Source: Cyanobium sp. NIES-981
GTDB lineage: Bacteria > Cyanobacteriota > Cyanobacteriia > PCC-6307 > Cyanobiaceae
DNA length: 64,000 nucleotides
NCBI GenBank assembly: GCA_945877595.1
Contig: CAMDVN010000001.1
Location: 21,685 to 85,684, forward strand
Reading direction: 5' to 3'
Part shown: one piece after another, positions 62,483 through 64,000 of the stretch
How positions within the stretch are numbered: the first letter of the stretch is position 1
How the letters are laid out: each line of letters begins with the position of its first letter
Notes under the pieces: model-generated
Seen by the model: only the letters and a program-made list of their open reading frames with translations
The model's database searches: none
What the model was told of the DNA's origin: nothing
Made by a program: the position numbers and the translations under genes

Positions 62483-64000
62483 TTGGCCCAGTCGCTCATT
62501 CAGCAACCGGATCGCCTCAAGGCTCGGTTGCGGGAGATCCCGGCGGAGCCGGGTTGCTACTTGATGCGCGATGCCGAGGATCGGATCCTCTACATCGGCA
62601 AAGCCAAGCTGCTGCGCAACCGGGTTCGCAGTTATTTTCAAAGTGGCAGCGGCCATGGTCACAGCCCCCGCATTCGGCTGATGGTGCGCCAGGTCTGCGA
62701 GATCGAATTCATCGTTACCGACAGCGAAGCTGAAGCGCTGGCGCTCGAGTCGAATCTGATTAAGCAGAATCAGCCACACTTCAATGTGTTGCTGAAGGAC
62801 GACAAGAAGTACCCCTACCTCTGCATCACCTGGAGCGAGGCCTACCCCCGTATTTTCATCACCCGGCGGCGTCGTTTTCGCTCCCCCCTTGATCGTTTCT
62901 ATGGTCCCTACGTGGATGTGGGCCTCTTGCGACGCACGGTGACCCTGGTGAAGCGGGTGTTTCCACTGCGCCAACGGCCCCAGCCCCTCTACAAAGACCG
63001 CACGTGCCTCAACTACGACATCGGCCGCTGTCCGGGGGTGTGTCAAGCCAAAATCAGTTCTGAGGATTACCACCGATCCCTGCGCCAGGTGGCAATGGTG
63101 TTTCAGGGTCGCAACGACGAGTTGCTGACCCTGTTGCATGGGCAGATGGATCGCTATGCGGAGCGGCTTGATTTTGAGAGTGCGGCCCGGGTGCGAGATC
63201 AGCTCCAAGGGCTCGATATGCTCACAGCCGATCAAAAGATGAGCCTGGGAGATAGTTCGGTAAGCCGCGATGTGATCGCCTTGGCGGCCGATGGTCGGGT
63301 GGCGGCGGTGCAGTTGTTTCAGATGCGGGCCGGCAAGCTGGTCGGCCGGTTGGGCTATACCGCCGATGCCGCTGGGACCAATCTCGATGCCGCTGGGGCC
63401 AATCCCGATGCCGCTGGGGCCAATCCCGATGCCGGAGCCGGAGCTGATGGCGCATCCGTCTCGTGCGAACCAGGCCTGATCCTGCAGCGGGTGATCGAGG
63501 AGCACTACGGCCAGGTGGATGCCGTGGAGATACCGCCCGAGCTGCTGGTGCAGCACCCCCTGCCCCAACAACAGCTGATCGAAGACTGGCTCACGGAGCA
63601 GCGGGGCCGGCGCGTGCGCCTGGCCGTGCCCCAGCGGCAGCAAAAGGCCGATCTGATCGAGCTGGTGGTGCGCAATGCCACCTATGAGCTGGAGCGTGCC
63701 CAGCGCAGTAGCGAACAGAACCTGCTGGCCACGGAAGACCTGGCCCAGCTGTTGGAGCTGTCCGTTGCGCCACGCCGGGTCGAGGGCTACGACATCAGCC
63801 ACATTCAGGGCAGTGATGCGGTGGCCTCCCAGGTGGTGTTCATCGATGGCCTGCCGGCCAAACAGCATTACCGCAAGTACAAAATTCAGAGCAGCTCGAT
63901 CCGCTCGGGCCACTCCGATGACTTCATGGCGATGGCTGAGATCATGCGGCGGCGCTTTCGCCGCTGGGCCCAGGCCAAGGCCGAAGGCACCGATCTGGCC
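62483..64000 (+). CDS. uvrC: Excinuclease ABC subunit C, N-terminal about 506 aa (continues past the right window edge)
   Basis: Not in the ORF track (no stop in the window). GIY-YIG domain ..[59 protein letters not shown]... UVR domain ..[14 protein letters not shown]... Start assumed at TTG 62483. Confidence 0.9.
   Translation, partial: MAQSLIQQPDRLKARLREIPAEPGCYLMRDAEDRILYIGKAKLLRNRVRSYFQSGSGHGHSPRIRLMVRQVCEIEFIVTDSEAEALALESNLIKQNQPHFNVLLKDDKKYPYLCITWSEAYPRIFITRRRRFRSPLDRFYGPYVDVGLLRRTVTLVKRVFPLRQRPQPLYKDRTCLNYDIGRCPGVCQAKISSEDYHRSLRQVAMVFQGRNDELLTLLHGQMDRYAERLDFESAARVRDQLQGLDMLTADQKMSLGDSSVSRDVIALAADGRVAAVQLFQMRAGKLVGRLGYTADAAGTNLDAAGANPDAAGANPDAGAGADGASVSCEPGLILQRVIEEHYGQVDAVEIPPELLVQHPLPQQQLIEDWLTEQRGRRVRLAVPQRQQKADLIELVVRNATYELERAQRSSEQNLLATEDLAQLLELSVAPRRVEGYDISHIQGSDAVASQVVFIDGLPAKQHYRKYKIQSSSIRSGHSDDFMAMAEIMRRRFRRWAQAKAEGTDLA
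63365..63445. repeat. In-frame 21-nt tandem repeat x3 (GATGCCGCTGGG(A/G)CCAAT(C/T)(C/T)C) plus degenerate extension inside uvrC
   Basis: Copies at 63365-63385, 63386-63406 and 63407-63427 (the last two identical), then GATGCC GGAGCC GGAGCT. Encodes [27 protein letters not shown]. Confidence 0.92.

Noticed and set aside
62327-63913. 528-aa minus-strand ORF, the only long listed ORF in this interval.
   Set aside because: The plus strand encodes an unmistakable UvrC (GIY-YIG and UVR domains). It is missing from the track only because it runs off the window.

Overview
The window is a 64-kb, gene-dense, high-GC chromosomal segment. Hand-counted 60-nt samples give about 57-68% GC in most genes. 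It looks like a picocyanobacterium of the Synechococcus/Cyanobium type. The markers are petN, psaK, thf1, an HLIP gene, cyanobacterial hfq, DUF1830-, DUF2499- and DUF3593-type genes, and several HIP1 palindromes GCGATCGC (812-819, 2093-2100, 32015-32022, 42282-42289, 55195-55202, 59771-59778). I call about 70 protein genes. Almost all are core housekeeping: purK, ftsH, pyk, ilvA, dxs, htpG, hisZ, pstCAB, dnaK/dnaJ-like, murQ, mtnP, ribBA, argC, purN, pgi, leuS, dapF, coaD, and partial recQ and uvrC at the two edges. There is one tRNA-Ser(GGA), and a candidate 6S RNA lies in the 288-nt gap after purK. Three genes under 60 aa are missing from the ORF track: petN, an HLIP, and a 52-aa membrane peptide. 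I found no rRNA, CRISPR array, transposase, integrase or recognisable defence system. The many long antisense ORFs are high-GC shadow frames. The most unusual items are these. (1) A low-GC islet (about 43-52% GC, 7.7-10.4 kb) carries an orphan solute-binding-type lipoprotein whose stop overlaps the start of an MscS-family channel. (2) DapF has a roughly 120-aa C-terminal extension with a ferredoxin-like Cys motif, and its stop is overlapped by the start of a cysteine desulfurase. (3) Short tandem duplications (12-21 nt) are very dense at gene termini, in intergenic spacers and inside uvrC. (4) Stop codons of convergent genes sit inside small palindromes. I did not find a convincing multi-gene novel system. 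The SBP-MscS pair is the best candidate and remains a hypothesis.
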